Shown here piece after piece: positions 26,368 through 38,400 of a DNA stretch of 64,000 nucleotides (position 1 is the stretch's first letter; every line of letters starts with the position of its first letter). The notes under the pieces were generated by a model. It was not told the DNA's origin and did no database searches. It was given only the letters and a program-made list of their open reading frames with translations. A program made the position numbers and the translations under genes. Origin of the DNA: Prorocentrum cordatum (lineage: Eukaryota); NCBI GenBank assembly GCA_963575745.1, contig CAUYUJ010000115.1:310001-374000 (forward strand). Reading direction: 5' to 3'.

Positions 26368-26530
26368 TTGGGTCGGGCATGTCCCCCATACGGGCGGATT
26401 TTGGACGAAACATAACAATGCCCAAACAGTCACTACAAAACACATTCGGAAACGGTAAAACACATCGTCCCCAGACTATGGTTGGACTATGTTTGACTGT
26501 TCCTCCTGTAGAGGGACAAGCCCAACTCAA
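26368..26530. mobile_element. MITE family B
   Basis: TIRs 'ttgggtcgggcatgtccc' and 'cctgtagagggacaagcccaactcaa'. Internal 'atcgtccccagactatg' is shared with the 24573 copy. Confidence 0.8.
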
Positions 26531-26597
26531 ACAACCCTCATCTTCCTCTCCCCTCCTTGGAGGGGCAGGTGATGAGGGAGGTGGTGGTGGTGTTAGA

Positions 26598-26803
26598 GGC
26601 CTCCTAGATGGGGTCCGAGTAGATGGGGTCGGAGGATCGCGCCGCATCACCGACGCATCGGCGATACATCGGCGATGCATCGGCGATGCGTCGGCGATGC
26701 ATCGGCGAGGCCAGCGTGGAGAACATCGGGCTCCACATCGAGCCGCATCGCCGATGCGGTGCGATCCTCCGACCCCATCTACTCCGACCCCATCTAAGAG
26801 GCC
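26598..26803. mobile_element. MITE family C with ~50-bp TIRs, flanked by a TAGA direct repeat
   Basis: 'ggcctcctagatggggtccgagtagatggggtcggaggatcgcgccgcatc' is inverted at the right end. TAGA at 26594-26597 and 26804-26807. Confidence 0.85.
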
Positions 26804-26975
26804 TAGAGGTGTATACCTTTGGGCCCCGTCCCACCCGCAGCCCGGGGCCTCGAAAGCCAGCCGCCTGGCCGCCTCCACCCTCGCGCGGGGGAGGACGCCC
26901 CACACCCCGCCCTGCACCGCTCCCCTCGCGGCCCGCCGCCCCGGGCCCAAGGACAGGTGGTCGGGGACGCTGCAC

Positions 26976-27152
26976 GGTTTCCCCCGGGGCCGAAGGCGAC
27001 CCGAGGAGGAGGAGGAGGAGGAGGAGGAGGAGGAGGAGGAGGAGGAGGAGGAGGAGGAGGAGGAGAGGGATGAGGAGGAGGAGGCGGAGGAGGAGGAGGA
27101 GGAGGAGGAGGAGGAGGAGGAGGACGGGTCGCCTAAGCCCTTCAGAGAAACC
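26976..27152. mobile_element. Inverted-repeat element enclosing a (GAG)n tract
   Basis: 'ggtttcccccggggccgaaggcgacccg', then (GAG)n, then 'cgggtcgcctaagcccttcagagaaacc'. Half copies next to GAG tracts at ~16562-16595 and ~22977-23010. Confidence 0.6.
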
Positions 27153-27317
27153 CTCCAGGGGACGCACGCAACCCAAGCCAACAAAGCCCGGGGCCGGCCA
27201 GGGCCCCGTGGTGAAGCCCAGCCAGCCGCCCAGCAGCTCCCCGACCCTGGCCAGCAGAGGGCGCCAGAGGGGACGTCGGCCCTAGCAGGCATGACTTCGT
27301 ACGGTTATGTGTTATGT

Positions 27318-27619
27318 CTAGGTCGGGCCTGTTCTCCTACAGGGGGATTTGGGGCGAAAAATTGAAAATACGCAGAAACTGCGCCCCAAATGCCCGAACA
27401 TAATCGAAACATAGACCCCGTAACATATTTTGATATTTTTGAATACCCTTCCTGTAGACGGACAGGCCCGACTTAAGTCCGACGGGCGGATTTTGGAAGA
27501 GAACTTTAAAATATTAACAAAACGCACTCAAGAATAAGCAACAAGCATAAAACCATCCCCGAATGATTTCTTCACCATTCTCGGATCTTCCTCCTGTGGC
27601 AGGACATGCCCGACGGAAG
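27318..27619. mobile_element. MITE family B: full copy (27318-27476) plus an adjacent partial copy
   Basis: 'ctaggtcgggcctgttctcctacagg...cctgtagacggacaggcccgacttaa', followed by 'cgggcggattttgg...cctgtggcaggacatgcccgac'. Confidence 0.75.
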
Positions 27620-27990
27620 GCCAGGGGAGCTTGGCGGACCCCCGTCGGCACGGACCCTCGTGACGTGAGCGCTCCGAGGCGGGCGCCTCCCTGTGGCCCC
27701 CCGATCCCGACACGGGCCCCCGACACCGGGGAGCGCCCGCGCGGGCGCCGCCGCCCCTGGCCGAGGAAGCCGCGGACCTGCCGCCCCGCAGTCGATCCCC
27801 AGACGCCTCCCAGACGCCGTCCCAGCCTCGGGGAGAAGTATGCGGAGGAGGAGGAAGGAAGAGGGAGGGGGGAGGAGGAGAGGGCGAAGGAAAACAGGAT
27901 GTAGTTCCTCAGGAGGATGGAGAAGGAGGGGGAGGAGGAGGAGTAGGAGACGGAGGAGGGGGAGGAGGAGGAGGAGGAGGAGGAGGAGGG

Positions 27991-28151
27991 TAGCGATCCA
28001 TGGATTTGGCGCGCGGCCGCCAAATCCATGGATCGGGGGAGGTGCCCCCCCCAAATGCGGCCAGTGCCGCCTCGGTCGGCGGCGGAAATCTGCGATTGCC
28101 AATGGAAACGGGACCCGTCGCTAATCCACGCCCCCTGAATCCATGTTTGCG
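27991..28151. repeat. Dispersed repeat D with a perfect hairpin
   Basis: Stem 'cgatccatggatttggcg' / 'cgccaaatccatggatcg'. Second copy at 31571-31736. Confidence 0.8.
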
Positions 28152-29494
28152 ACGTCTTCCGCTCTGAGCTGTTCCATCCGCGCCCCCAAGGCTCCCGACC
28201 TCGTCCTCGGGGGGGCAACTTCGCGTCCAGGCTCCGTGCTTGATGGTCCCTGGGTCCGATGGCCAAGCCCGATGACGGCTTCGTTTCCACCCCAGCTGCT
28301 TTTCTCGGCCTCTGGCCGAGGGGGCCCAAGGCAGTGGCACCCCGACGCCGTCATGTGCAACAGAGGGCCCCAGCAACCATAACCAAAACAAAAACGCCCA
28401 CACGCCCAAACACTTTTAGAGTCGGCGGCTTGGCAAGGGACTTCTGCGCTGGCGATGGGATGCCTAAACGAGGATGCCATTAGAGCGAATTGTGCCACCA
28501 TGCAAGAGGAGGAGCGGGGCGAGGGCGCGGCCGAAAGAGGGTTCACACGCCCAAACACGCCACGACACCCCGCAGCGTGCAGTGCAGTTGGCGTCCTCCC
28601 CAGCCTGGCCGTGGCGGCCTTCCACGGCCGCGGCATGCGCCCCGGGTCCGCCGCCTGGGAGGCCCAAAAACGACGACGTACAGTCAGGATTCGGCGTGAA
28701 GCTCAGGGGGAGGCGAGAGGGGGGAGACCTCCTCGGGAGGCGGGGGGGGCACCTCAGACGCCCTCGCGGTTTCTGAGAAGTCGCATGCGGCTGCGGAGAA
28801 GGCTCACAGAGGAAGGCAACAAATCCACCCCCATCGAAGCCGTCTAGTCAACGCACCCAAAGAAGGAATCGAAAAGGGCAGGGCTGTTCCGTAAACGCCC
28901 AAGGCCGTCTAGTAAATGTCGGGTCTGGGTGGATGTTCCTCCCTTGGCGCAAGGCTCCCCAGGAGGCGCGAAGACTTCTGAGAAGCCCCGCTGCCTTCGC
29001 AGACGGCCTGTCCCCTCTCGCTTCCCCCCTGGGCTCGCCGCCGAAAAAAACGCTCCAAGAAAGGAACGCTGCAAGCTCGGGGCTCCGAGGACACATCTAA
29101 CAATCTATTATGGTTGCTCATTTCCCCAGCGGCAACTGCGTTCGGAAGGGCCGGGTGGTATCGAAAATTCCCCCGAATCATAAGTGCTTTATGTGTTTTC
29201 GCAACGAAAACTAGATACGAATGTTTTTGTTTCAAAGATAGATACGTTTATATACGAATTACTTGTGTTAGATACGGGAGGTAGGTTTTCTTCCAAATGT
29301 TAGATACGGGGTCATTTGAGATACGAACAGATATGTTTAGATAAGATATGTTTAGATACGGCTCAGTATGGTGCCCATCGCTTGAAAACATGTCTACCAA
29401 AAACAGATCTGAATAGATACGGCGCCACGTCTCCACTGCCAGGCCCAGGCCGCTCAATTACCACGAACAGGGAAAACACTATTCATGCCAGTCA

Positions 29495-29512
29495 GGACGA
29501 CGATGATGATGC

Positions 29513-29561
<49 letters not shown>

Positions 29562-29600
29562 AAGGAGGAGGAGGAGGAGGAGGAGGAGGAGGAGGACATG
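29495..29600. repeat. (GAT)n(GAG)n microsatellite
   Basis: Direct reading of the sequence. Confidence 0.95.
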
Positions 29601-31130
29601 AAGAGGGAAATCATGGACGGCGGGCGGGCCGAACTGTCATGAGCACGAGGAGGACGAAACAAAAGAACCATGTTCTCCAATCGCTGATCGACTTCATCCC
29701 CGTCCGGACTCCCCCTCCTCCAGTCTCCTTCTGACGCTCCCTCCAACTTTACCTTGCTCCTCTTGCCTCCTCGCCGCGCGTCCTCATCCTCCTCCTCCTC
29801 GTCCGCTCTTATCGTCTGAGTCGCTCCCCCTCCTCCTCCTCCTCCTCCTCCTCCTCCTCCTCCACCTCCACTTCCTTGCTTTCCCATCCTACGGTTCCCT
29901 GTTCCGATCCAGTTCTCTCTTAAATTTCGCTTTGTCGTTGTTATCCATCCTACTCCTCGTCGTTTTAATCGTCGTCGCTCGTTTCTTCACTCCTCATTGC
30001 TATGGCTTCCCACTACACATTGTTCATCGCTAAAGCCGCTCATGTCTAAAACCGCTCATTTCTAATGCTGCGAAGAATTTGAAACGCAAGAACTATGGGG
30101 CGACAACTGTTAGTCACGATTACGGAATGCTGCATGTGAGCCTCAACGATACCATCCATCCTGGCACATCCAGAACGATCCGTATATTAAGTACTATCGG
30201 AATAATCCTGACAATCCCGGTACAGAGCTCCATTTCCGGAAACACATGGGAAGGGACGCGAACGCACGGCCGGAAGAAGGGACGAGAGGTTGAGGCACAA
30301 GAAAACCAACAGTGCAAACATCCAGACATGCATGTCTACCCGTGGTTTGCATTATCGGAGGAAATATGTATTATAGCTATTGATTAATATTCGAAATTAT
30401 TCCTTCACGCTCGACGGGCGCACGACACGGACGCACGACGTCGGGAGAGGGGAGCTGGAGGCAAAAACGAGACAGCCATACATTTTCGTGTTTCGCAGGG
30501 AGTGTCATTTCTGAAGCCGATCATGTCGAATTCCGGGAAGAATTAGAAACGTAAGAATGATGCGTGCTATTTCGGGTTTGCCCGCGAAAAGAATTGAAAA
30601 TGAACAATGTGTATCCCTATCCCGTTGTTCATTGCTTCGGCCAAAATTATGGATCTTGTTCGCGACGAGAGCACGGCCAACAATATTCGTTCTGACAAAA
30701 ATAATATACGAATAGATACGGCGCGGCGCGGACATTCTTTGAAAAGTAGATGCGGCTCGACATGTTGCTGGAAGAAAAATAAGTACGCCCCCGCATTTTT
30801 AGATATGGCCGCACAGTAGTTGCGTTTAGATAATTACGGCGGCGCTCCCGCGCAGGCCGGGGGCGCGCATCTTAAAATAATAGCTATATTGTCGTCGGCA
30901 CAGGAGAAAATATACGATGGGTTTTTTGCCTGCATTTGGGCGCGATCGCATCTAAACGCATCTGTTATTTTTAGATACGTCTTGCAGGGCTGGGCCGTCC
31001 GGGGGCCCTGGTCGCGGCTGGCGCTCGCCGTGGCCAGCCAGGCCCATTCGTTCCTTCCTCGGCGTGCCTTGCGGCACGACCTTTCGGAGGTCCGCGCGGG
31101 CATCTTGTGTCCGCGCTGGCACCCTTTTTT

Positions 31131-31497
31131 CTCGGCTGCGCGCAGGGAACGACCCTGGGCAAGAGTGGCCTCTGGTGCGCGGCTTTTGGGGAACCGTTTG
31201 GGGGGGGGGCCAAACACAAGCGCGCAAAGCGCCACTGCGGCCTCGCGTTCGGCGATCGGGGGACCCCAGTGGGCCCGCACCAAAACAAATGTCACTTTGG
31301 CGAAGGGCCACTCTTACGTTTATGTTGGGCCTGTCTCTTACAGGGGGATTTTGGGCGAATAATTAGAAATACTACAAAGATAACCCCCAAATGCTCGAAA
31401 GTAGTAAATAAATGGTCCCCCAAGTATGTTTGGATTATTCTTTTTGAATATGCCTCCTGTAGAGGGACAGGCCCGACTGAATCTTACGTGTACTCGA
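31131..31497. mobile_element. MITE family A copy with a family B MITE (31320-31481) inserted in its right TIR
   Basis: 8-bp duplication TCTTACGT at 31312-31319 and 31482-31489. The family A TIR resumes as 'tcttacgtgtactcga'. Confidence 0.8.
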
Positions 31498-31570
31498 CTC
31501 TTTGCCATCCTTTCCCAGGTCCCCAAAAGGACTCGGGCGCCGCGTGTATCTGGGGCGCGCAAACATTAAT

Positions 31571-31736
31571 TAGCGATCCATGGATTTGGCGCGCGGTCGC
31601 CTAATCCATGGATCAGGGGAGGTGCCCCCCCCCCGAAATGCGGCCGGTGCTGCCTCGCTCGGCGGCGGAAATCTGCGATTTCCAATGGAAACGGGACCCG
31701 TCGCTACTCCGCGTCCCCCTGAATCCATGTTTGCGA
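31571..31736. repeat. Dispersed repeat D, second copy
   Basis: Highly similar to 27991-28151. Confidence 0.8.
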
Positions 31737-34109
31737 TCGCCTGAGTGTATCGCGCCTGCGTCTATCTGGCCCGCCCCTCCCCGCCGCCCCCTGGGCCCTT
31801 CGCCATCCGCGCCCCCGCCCCCCCCTTGCCCGAGCCCGTCTGCCCCCTCGCGCGCGACAAATGTTACCGAGCAAGAACACAGCAAAGCCCCAGCTCCTGC
31901 TCGCAACGCACACCGCCAGAGGCGGCGGAGAGCTTGAGAGATCCACCCGCAAAGACAAGAAAGGCCCGCGCGCCCGTCGACGTAGCGGGAATCAGAGCGC
32001 CCAGGGGGATCGGGGCCTCTACCCCAGCATTCGCCCTCCAGGAGCCGCCAGTCCTCCCCAGGACTCCGCGCTAGGTGGGGCCACCTCTCCTGTTACGGAC
32101 CCCCGTGGGGCCAAAGGAGTCGGATATCTCGAGCTTGCCCCCCCCCCCCCCCCCCACGGTCTTACCCCTGGGCCCTTTTGGCAAGTTCCCCCACCTGGAC
32201 TGCTTTTGGGCCCCCCGATAGGTTTTGATCCCTATGCAGGTTCCCTGAAGGACCGCGCTGCCACTCTGCCGACGTGGATGGACGTCCTCCGGGAGATCGG
32301 GCCCCTGGGCCTCCCATTTGACTTCCAGGTCGAGACGGTCCGCATTCCCGAGCTGTTCAGGTGCGCGCCGACGCCTGGTGCCCGCAACTACGACAGCGGC
32401 CCGCCTGGGCAGCGCACGTGCGCAGCCGAACTGTTCCTTCGACATATACGCAGCTGTGCCCCCTCCGTTTCGGGATCTCGCTCTACGTCTTCGAGTCCGC
32501 CGAATGCGCCCCAGACTTCTTCGCCATGGCCCCGCGCCTGCGGGGGCGAAGGGGCGCTCGATATTGTTTGCGATATCCTCAGTTTACTTTCATGCGACAT
32601 CCTCTGTTCACTTCCTCTCGTACTTGCGGCTTTCCCATGGCATGCTGTCGCGTGGCTAGGCGGCGCTGTGGCGTCCCAGAATTTACGCTTGGCGGCGGGG
32701 CGTCTCGCGACGAACGCCGCGATCCCGCAGATTGTCTTTCTGGCGGCGTGCGTCGCGACTTCGCCGATGCAGGTCGCGCCCTTCGGCGCGGCGGTGCGCG
32801 GGTTGCCTCGCCAGCGCGCTCTTGCTGGCGCATGTGCTTCAGCACTTTGGTCGGAGATCCACTTCGCCCGGCCACTATGCATAGCGGCGACGGTGGCGAC
32901 GACTCTCGCCCTGCGCCCCATGACGCATGCCCAGCCGCGCTCGACATGGATGGCGGGCGCTCAGGCAGCACCACTTGCCAAGGCCGTCCTCGCTCCAGCC
33001 TTCCTGGCAACGACATCGGGTGACAGAGGCATCTGCAGCACGTGTCTCTTCGAGCGTCAGCGGCGCGCCTGCTGCTTGGGAGTGCCCCCCCCCCCCCCCC
33101 CCCAACAAGACGCTGCAGCGCACAGTGCCTTCGTGGGTAGTGGCCGCGCCCAAGGTTCTCCAGGGCGCCCGCCGCGACGCAATCGTACTACGGGCGACGA
33201 GCCCGATCCGCAGATCGCACTCCAACTGGGGGGGGTGCACATCGACGCAGCAGAACGGGATATGCCCGTCAATGCCGGTATCCCGCTGGAATAGCAGCGC
33301 CGCCGCCTGGAACGAGGGGCCGTTGGGGGGGGGGGGCGCGGCGCCGCCCAGGGGCGCCCCGTCAGCAGTTGAACGCCCGCCGCCGCAACAGCACGCGGCG
33401 GCCGCCGCGGCAGCGCCGCCACCACCTGCAGCACATGATGCCCGTGAGTTCGTTCGGCGCGCGCGCCCGCGCGGGTCTGCTGCCCTGTCCCTGGGTGCGC
33501 CCGCGCGGACCCGGCGACCGCTGCAGCGCGGGCTGACCACCAGTCCGTGCGGCAACATCTGAATGAACTGGGCGCTTCCCCGGCCCCCCCCCAATTCCCC
33601 GACCCCAGGAAGCATTTAAGAACCCCCCGGCGATATCGTAGCACCGCATTTTGTATTCGATATTCCGAGGGGCCGAAATAACCGAACGATAGCTTTAGCA
33701 CCCGGACACAAAACAAATTCGCGGCGGCCTGGCCCCTGGGCCAAGATCGGAATTCGAAATTCAAATCTGCGTGGCTCTCATGAAGGACTCAGGATGTCGC
33801 TTTCTGCTTAGAAAGTTCATGCAATGATAGTAGTATTAAGATTTGGAAGCATGTTTGAGGATTCCGAACAAATTCAATGGATCCATCAGGTTTCATACAA
33901 GTTCCGCAGGATTCTCAAGGATTCCTAAGGATTCACATAGATTCCTCAGGATTCATAAAAGATTCAAAGGATGTCCAAGGATTCGTGAATATTTCCAAGG
34001 AATTCAAGAGATTCCTCAGGAATCTGGAGAATGCCGAAAGATTCGCAAGAATTCCGCAAGAGTCCTAAAGGTTTTCATTTACTGCATCTAAAGGATTTTT
34101 TACAAAAAA

Positions 34110-34452
34110 AACCTGATAACTGAGAAACCTGGAAAAAACATGAAAAACCTGAGAAAAGCTGAGAAACGTAAGAAAGCTAAGAAAACTGAGAAAACTCAAG
34201 AAAGCTGAGAAACCTGAAAAAAATCAGAAAACTGAGAAATCTGAAACTAAAAAATTTGAGAAAACTGAAAAAACTTGAGAAAATATGAAAAACTTGAGAA
34301 AGCTGAGAAAACTGAGAAAACTGAGAAAAGCTGAAACACTTGAGAAAACTGAGAAACCGGAGAAACTAAAAAAACTGAGAAAGCTGAGAAACCAAAGAAA
34401 AGCTGAGAAACCTGAGCAGGCTGGGAAAACTGAGAAACCTGAGAGCTGAGAA
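34110..34452. repeat. (CTGAGAAAA)-like 9-10-bp tandem repeat
   Basis: Direct reading. AGGATTC-rich repeats also occur at 33855-34100 and 35940-36152. Confidence 0.85.
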
Positions 34453-34841
34453 GCGGACTCCTTTTTTTCTCGATTGTTTCCTGATTCCTTTCTTCTGCGC
34501 CTGTGTACAGCGATGCTGCCTGAAGTGAAAGGGTGAAAGCCTGACGTCTGAAGAGGGGGGCCATCTCGCTGACAAGGCGAGCGCTGAAAACGCCATAGCG
34601 CTTGGATTTGTATTATTATTATTATTATTATTATTATTTTATAAAAAAACTGCTGAACGCTTGAAAAAACCGCCCTGCGAGCGCTGAAAAACAAAGCGAT
34701 GCTGAGCACTGAAAGCTGGTCGTGGACTGCGATCTGAGCAAGGCGCCCAGTGCCTGGATTCAGAGGGGGGCCCTGAAAGGCGCGGCGCCTGCAATCTGAA
34801 GGCGGCTCAGAAGCTGACTCTCCGGCTGATCTCTGGGGGGC

Positions 34842-35453
34842 TCATCGTAGCCGCCGTTGTGAAAGGCCTCGCTCCCCTGAGCGCTGCTGTCTGCTCCAGG
34901 GACTGGCGCGGCCTTCTGGACTGACGCTGCAGGCTTCTTCTGAACCGCGACAGGCTTCTTCTGATCCTTGTGGACTGACGCGGCAGGCTTCTTCTAAACC
35001 GCGACAGGCTTCTTCTGATCCGTCTGGGCCTTGACAGGCTTCTTCTGGACTGACGCGGCCGACTGACTCTTCAGCCCTCCTGCGTGCTTCCCTGAACCTC
35101 TTCGCCCGAAACCTTTTCCTGATATCGTTCTTCCTGACCCTCTCAACGTAAGCATGGTACTGAGGGTTCCCCTGACGCTCCACCTCCCTGTCGCGGCCCT
35201 GAGGAAGCTGATAAAACAAGTCGAACTGATTCGTCGTGTTCTCGCTGTTCTTGCTGTCTGACACTGCCTGAGAAGATGGGCCTGAAGCTTGCCTGAGAAG
35301 ATAGGTCTGACAATGCCGCTGTAGGTGGAAGCCTGAAGCTTGAGCCTGAGCCTTCGCGCCAACATGGATCTCCTGAAATGAGCTATGGAGGAGCTCAGAA
35401 ATTTCAGAGAGACTGAAACCCTTGCGTCGAGGCGCGCTAGCCTGGGAGCCTGC
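34842..35453 (-). pseudogene. Unidentified ORF carried inside the TIR element; 5' part probably frameshifted
   Basis: Stop-free for ~204 codons: SAPRRKGFSLSEISELLHSSFQEIHV...NQFDLFYQLPQGRDREVERQGNPQYHAYVERVRKNDIRKRF..., with EEAC repeats. Confidence 0.4.
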
Positions 35454-38400
35454 TTAGAGGCCTGCTCAGGAGCCTGCTCAGAGGCCTGCGTCTGCTTAGG
35501 CCTGCTTAGGAACCTGCCCAAAGGTCTGCTTCGGAGGTCTGAGAGGCCTGCTTGGGGGCCTCTCTGAGAGACCGGCTGAGGACCCTTCCCAAAGAAGCTT
35601 TCCCTGCCCCTGCTTCTCCTGCTTTTCCTGCTCATGTTCCTTGTCTTGCTCCTCCTTCTCCTCTTCTCTTCCTCCTCCTTCTCCTCCTTCTCCTTCTCCC
35701 TCGCCTCTTATTGCTGCTCCTCATCCTCCTTGTCCTCCTTCTCCTCCTCTTTTTCTTCGCTTTGATTCTTATCTTTTCCGAAGAGAGTTCCATTGCAAAG
35801 CCCTTCGAGAAAATGATTTTCATCGGCCGTCCTAGGGGGAGGCCCGCGAGAGGGTGCCCCGCCCCCCCCCGCGCCGTGGCGTTATCTTAGCACCCGGCCA
35901 CGCGAAAAAAACCATCCAGTTCTATTCCTGCGGGCGTCCTAAGGATTCTGAAGGATTCATCTGGGATTCTTAAGGATTCCCTTACGATTCCTGCGCATTC
36001 CTAACGCTTTCTATGGATTCCTCAGGATTCCAGAAGACTCCTTTCCATTCCTAAGGGCTCGTCAGGAATTCCAGGGGATTCCTCGTGAACTTATGGATTC
36101 CTAAGGATTCCTACAGGTTCCTCAGGATTCCTGAGGATTCCTAGAGATTCCTAAATATTCGTTCTCCTCCTTCTCTTCCTCCCCCTCCTCCTCCCCTCCT
36201 TCCAGTGCTTCAGACCTGCGAGCGAGGAGGAGGAGGGGGCAGGAGGAAGTTCGCGGGTGGAGGAGAGGAGGAGGAGGAGGATGAGGAGGAGGACGAACTT
36301 GGAAGGGAGATGGGAGGAGAGGAAGGAGGAGGGCTCCTGGTGCCAGGTAACGCTTCCAGGGTGCGGAAGGGTCATCGATTTGCCGGAGGGGGGGGGGGGT
36401 CTTAAATGCATCCTGGGGTGAAGCATTTACGACCCCCCCCGGCGATATCGTAGCGCCGCATTTTTTATTCGATATTCCCAAGGGCCGAAATAACCGAACG
36501 ATAGCTGTAGCACCCGGACACGATGATGATGATGATGATGCGGATATGGACGATGGCGCGGAAGGGTTATCGATTTGCCGGAGGGGGGGGGGGGGGTTCT
36601 TAAACGCTTCCTGCCTGGACAAACGCCGAGTGGGCCAGTGCTCCGGGTGCCAGCGTTTCTTGGCCACCCGTGTCGATGGCATCTGCCCCGTTGCCGCCCT
36701 GCCGCCCGAGCGGCCGCTGCCGGGGCCGCCGCAGTCGCTGACGACGCCGCGCCGCGACCGCCAGAGCTACCCTCCTTGCGGGAGGTTCTCTCGAGGCGCG
36801 CGGGCACCAAACGGCGCGCGCCCAGGAGCGCCCGGGCGCTGTGGGCGCGGTGACTGGCCGAGGCGACGGCGCTGGCCACGCGCGCCAACAACGAGGCCGC
36901 TGGGGCCCAGCTGGCGACGCTGCCCAAGCGCGCGCCCTGGCCGCGCGCTCGCGGCGACCGCGGCAGCAGGAGCGCCGCCGAGGCGGAGACGAAGGAGCTT
37001 TGCAGACGGTGGCTGGAGGGCGAGCGCGCTTCGCCCTGGGCTTTGGTCCGAGACAGCAGAACGCCGCGAGAAGACGACGCGGCGGTGCCCCCGGGACTCC
37101 CAAAACGGGAAGCGCGCCGAGCAGTGCTCAGAACGCGCGGCCGACGCGCAGCACTCGAAAAGCTGCGCGGCTCTCGTGAGCGCACCGGCCGCCGACGCGA
37201 CCCCAGGAGTCGTCGAGCAGATGCGCCGCAAGCACCCTCGCAGCCGCCGGGCAATGGATTTCTCCAGCTTGCCCCCAGCGCGCGCCGCGGCAGGGCTGCA
37301 AGGGGGCGCGGCCGCATTGGAACGGGAGGCGCGCGCTTTCCCCCGCGGGCCCGCGGCAGGGCCGACTGGTCTGCGACCTCGACACCTCAAGGGCGCCTTG
37401 CAAACGACTGCCCACAGGGAGGAGGTTCTGGGGCAGCTCCAAAGCTTAATCAATTTGCTTGCCCGGGGTCAATCGCCCTCCGCCGCGGCGAAACTCTTCG
37501 CGGGCGCCTCGCTGGCGGCCCCCCCGAAGAACGACGGCGGTCTGCGGGGGGTCGCCGTCGGAGAGACGCTGCGCCGCTTGGCGGGCGCATGCTTTTCGGC
37601 GATGCATCGGACGCAGCGCGCGCGGGCGGCTGGCGCCATTGCAGCTCCGGGTGGCGGTGCCCGGCGGCGCGGAGTCCGCAGTCCACGTCGCGCGGCGTTG
37701 GTTGAGCCAGAACCAGGGCGGCCGCCAAAAGGAATTCGCGAAGTTGGACTTGTCGAGCGCTGTCAACGCGCTGGACAGATTAGCGGTCCTGCGGGCTTTT
37801 CACGAGAATTTCCCTGGCCTTGCCTCTTTTGCGGACTGGTGCAGTGGCGCCCCGACGCTCCTGTTCATGGGGGAGAAGAAGGTGCGCCCCGAGCGCGGCG
37901 CCCAACAAGGGGGCCCGCTCGGCCCGCTGTTTTTTCTGTTTTTTTTTTGGCGTTAGCCCTGCAGCATTGCGCGGAACAGGCCCGCGTCGAACCAGCCGAC
38001 CCAGCGGGCGGCCACCTGGACTTCGCCTTCTTCCACCTGGACGACGGCTGTCTAGCATGGGGCGCGCCCGCGACCGCCCGCGCCCCACATCGCCTGGCGG
38101 CGCGCCTGGGCGCGGTCGGCCTGGACCTCAGCGCGGGGCCTGGCACGTGCGAGGTTGTGCCCGCCAGCAGCGCCGACTGCAGCGTGGACCTAGCATCGTT
38201 TCCGCAGGGCTTCCGCCTGCGGGAAGACAACGGTCTCGAACTTCTGGGGGCCCCAGTTGGGCGCGACGATTTCTGCGAGACGCGCGCGCAGAACAGGGCG
38301 GCGAAGGCTGCTGACTTGCCGGAGGCTCTCGGTGCTTTGGAGAACGACCAAGTGGCCATGCATCTGCTCCGCCAATGCGCCCCCGACTGTAAGCTGGGTG

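Larger units (their letters stand above)
33606..36613. mobile_element. Compound TIR element: long copy (~33602-36419) with 2.6-kb internal cargo, plus a short copy (36420-36613)
   Basis: 'ccccaggaagcatttaagaaccccccc' is inverted at 'ggggtcttaaatgcatcctgggg' (ends 36418) and at 'gggttcttaaacgcttcctg' (ends 36613). 33608-33708 is nearly identical to 36420-36520. Confidence 0.8.
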
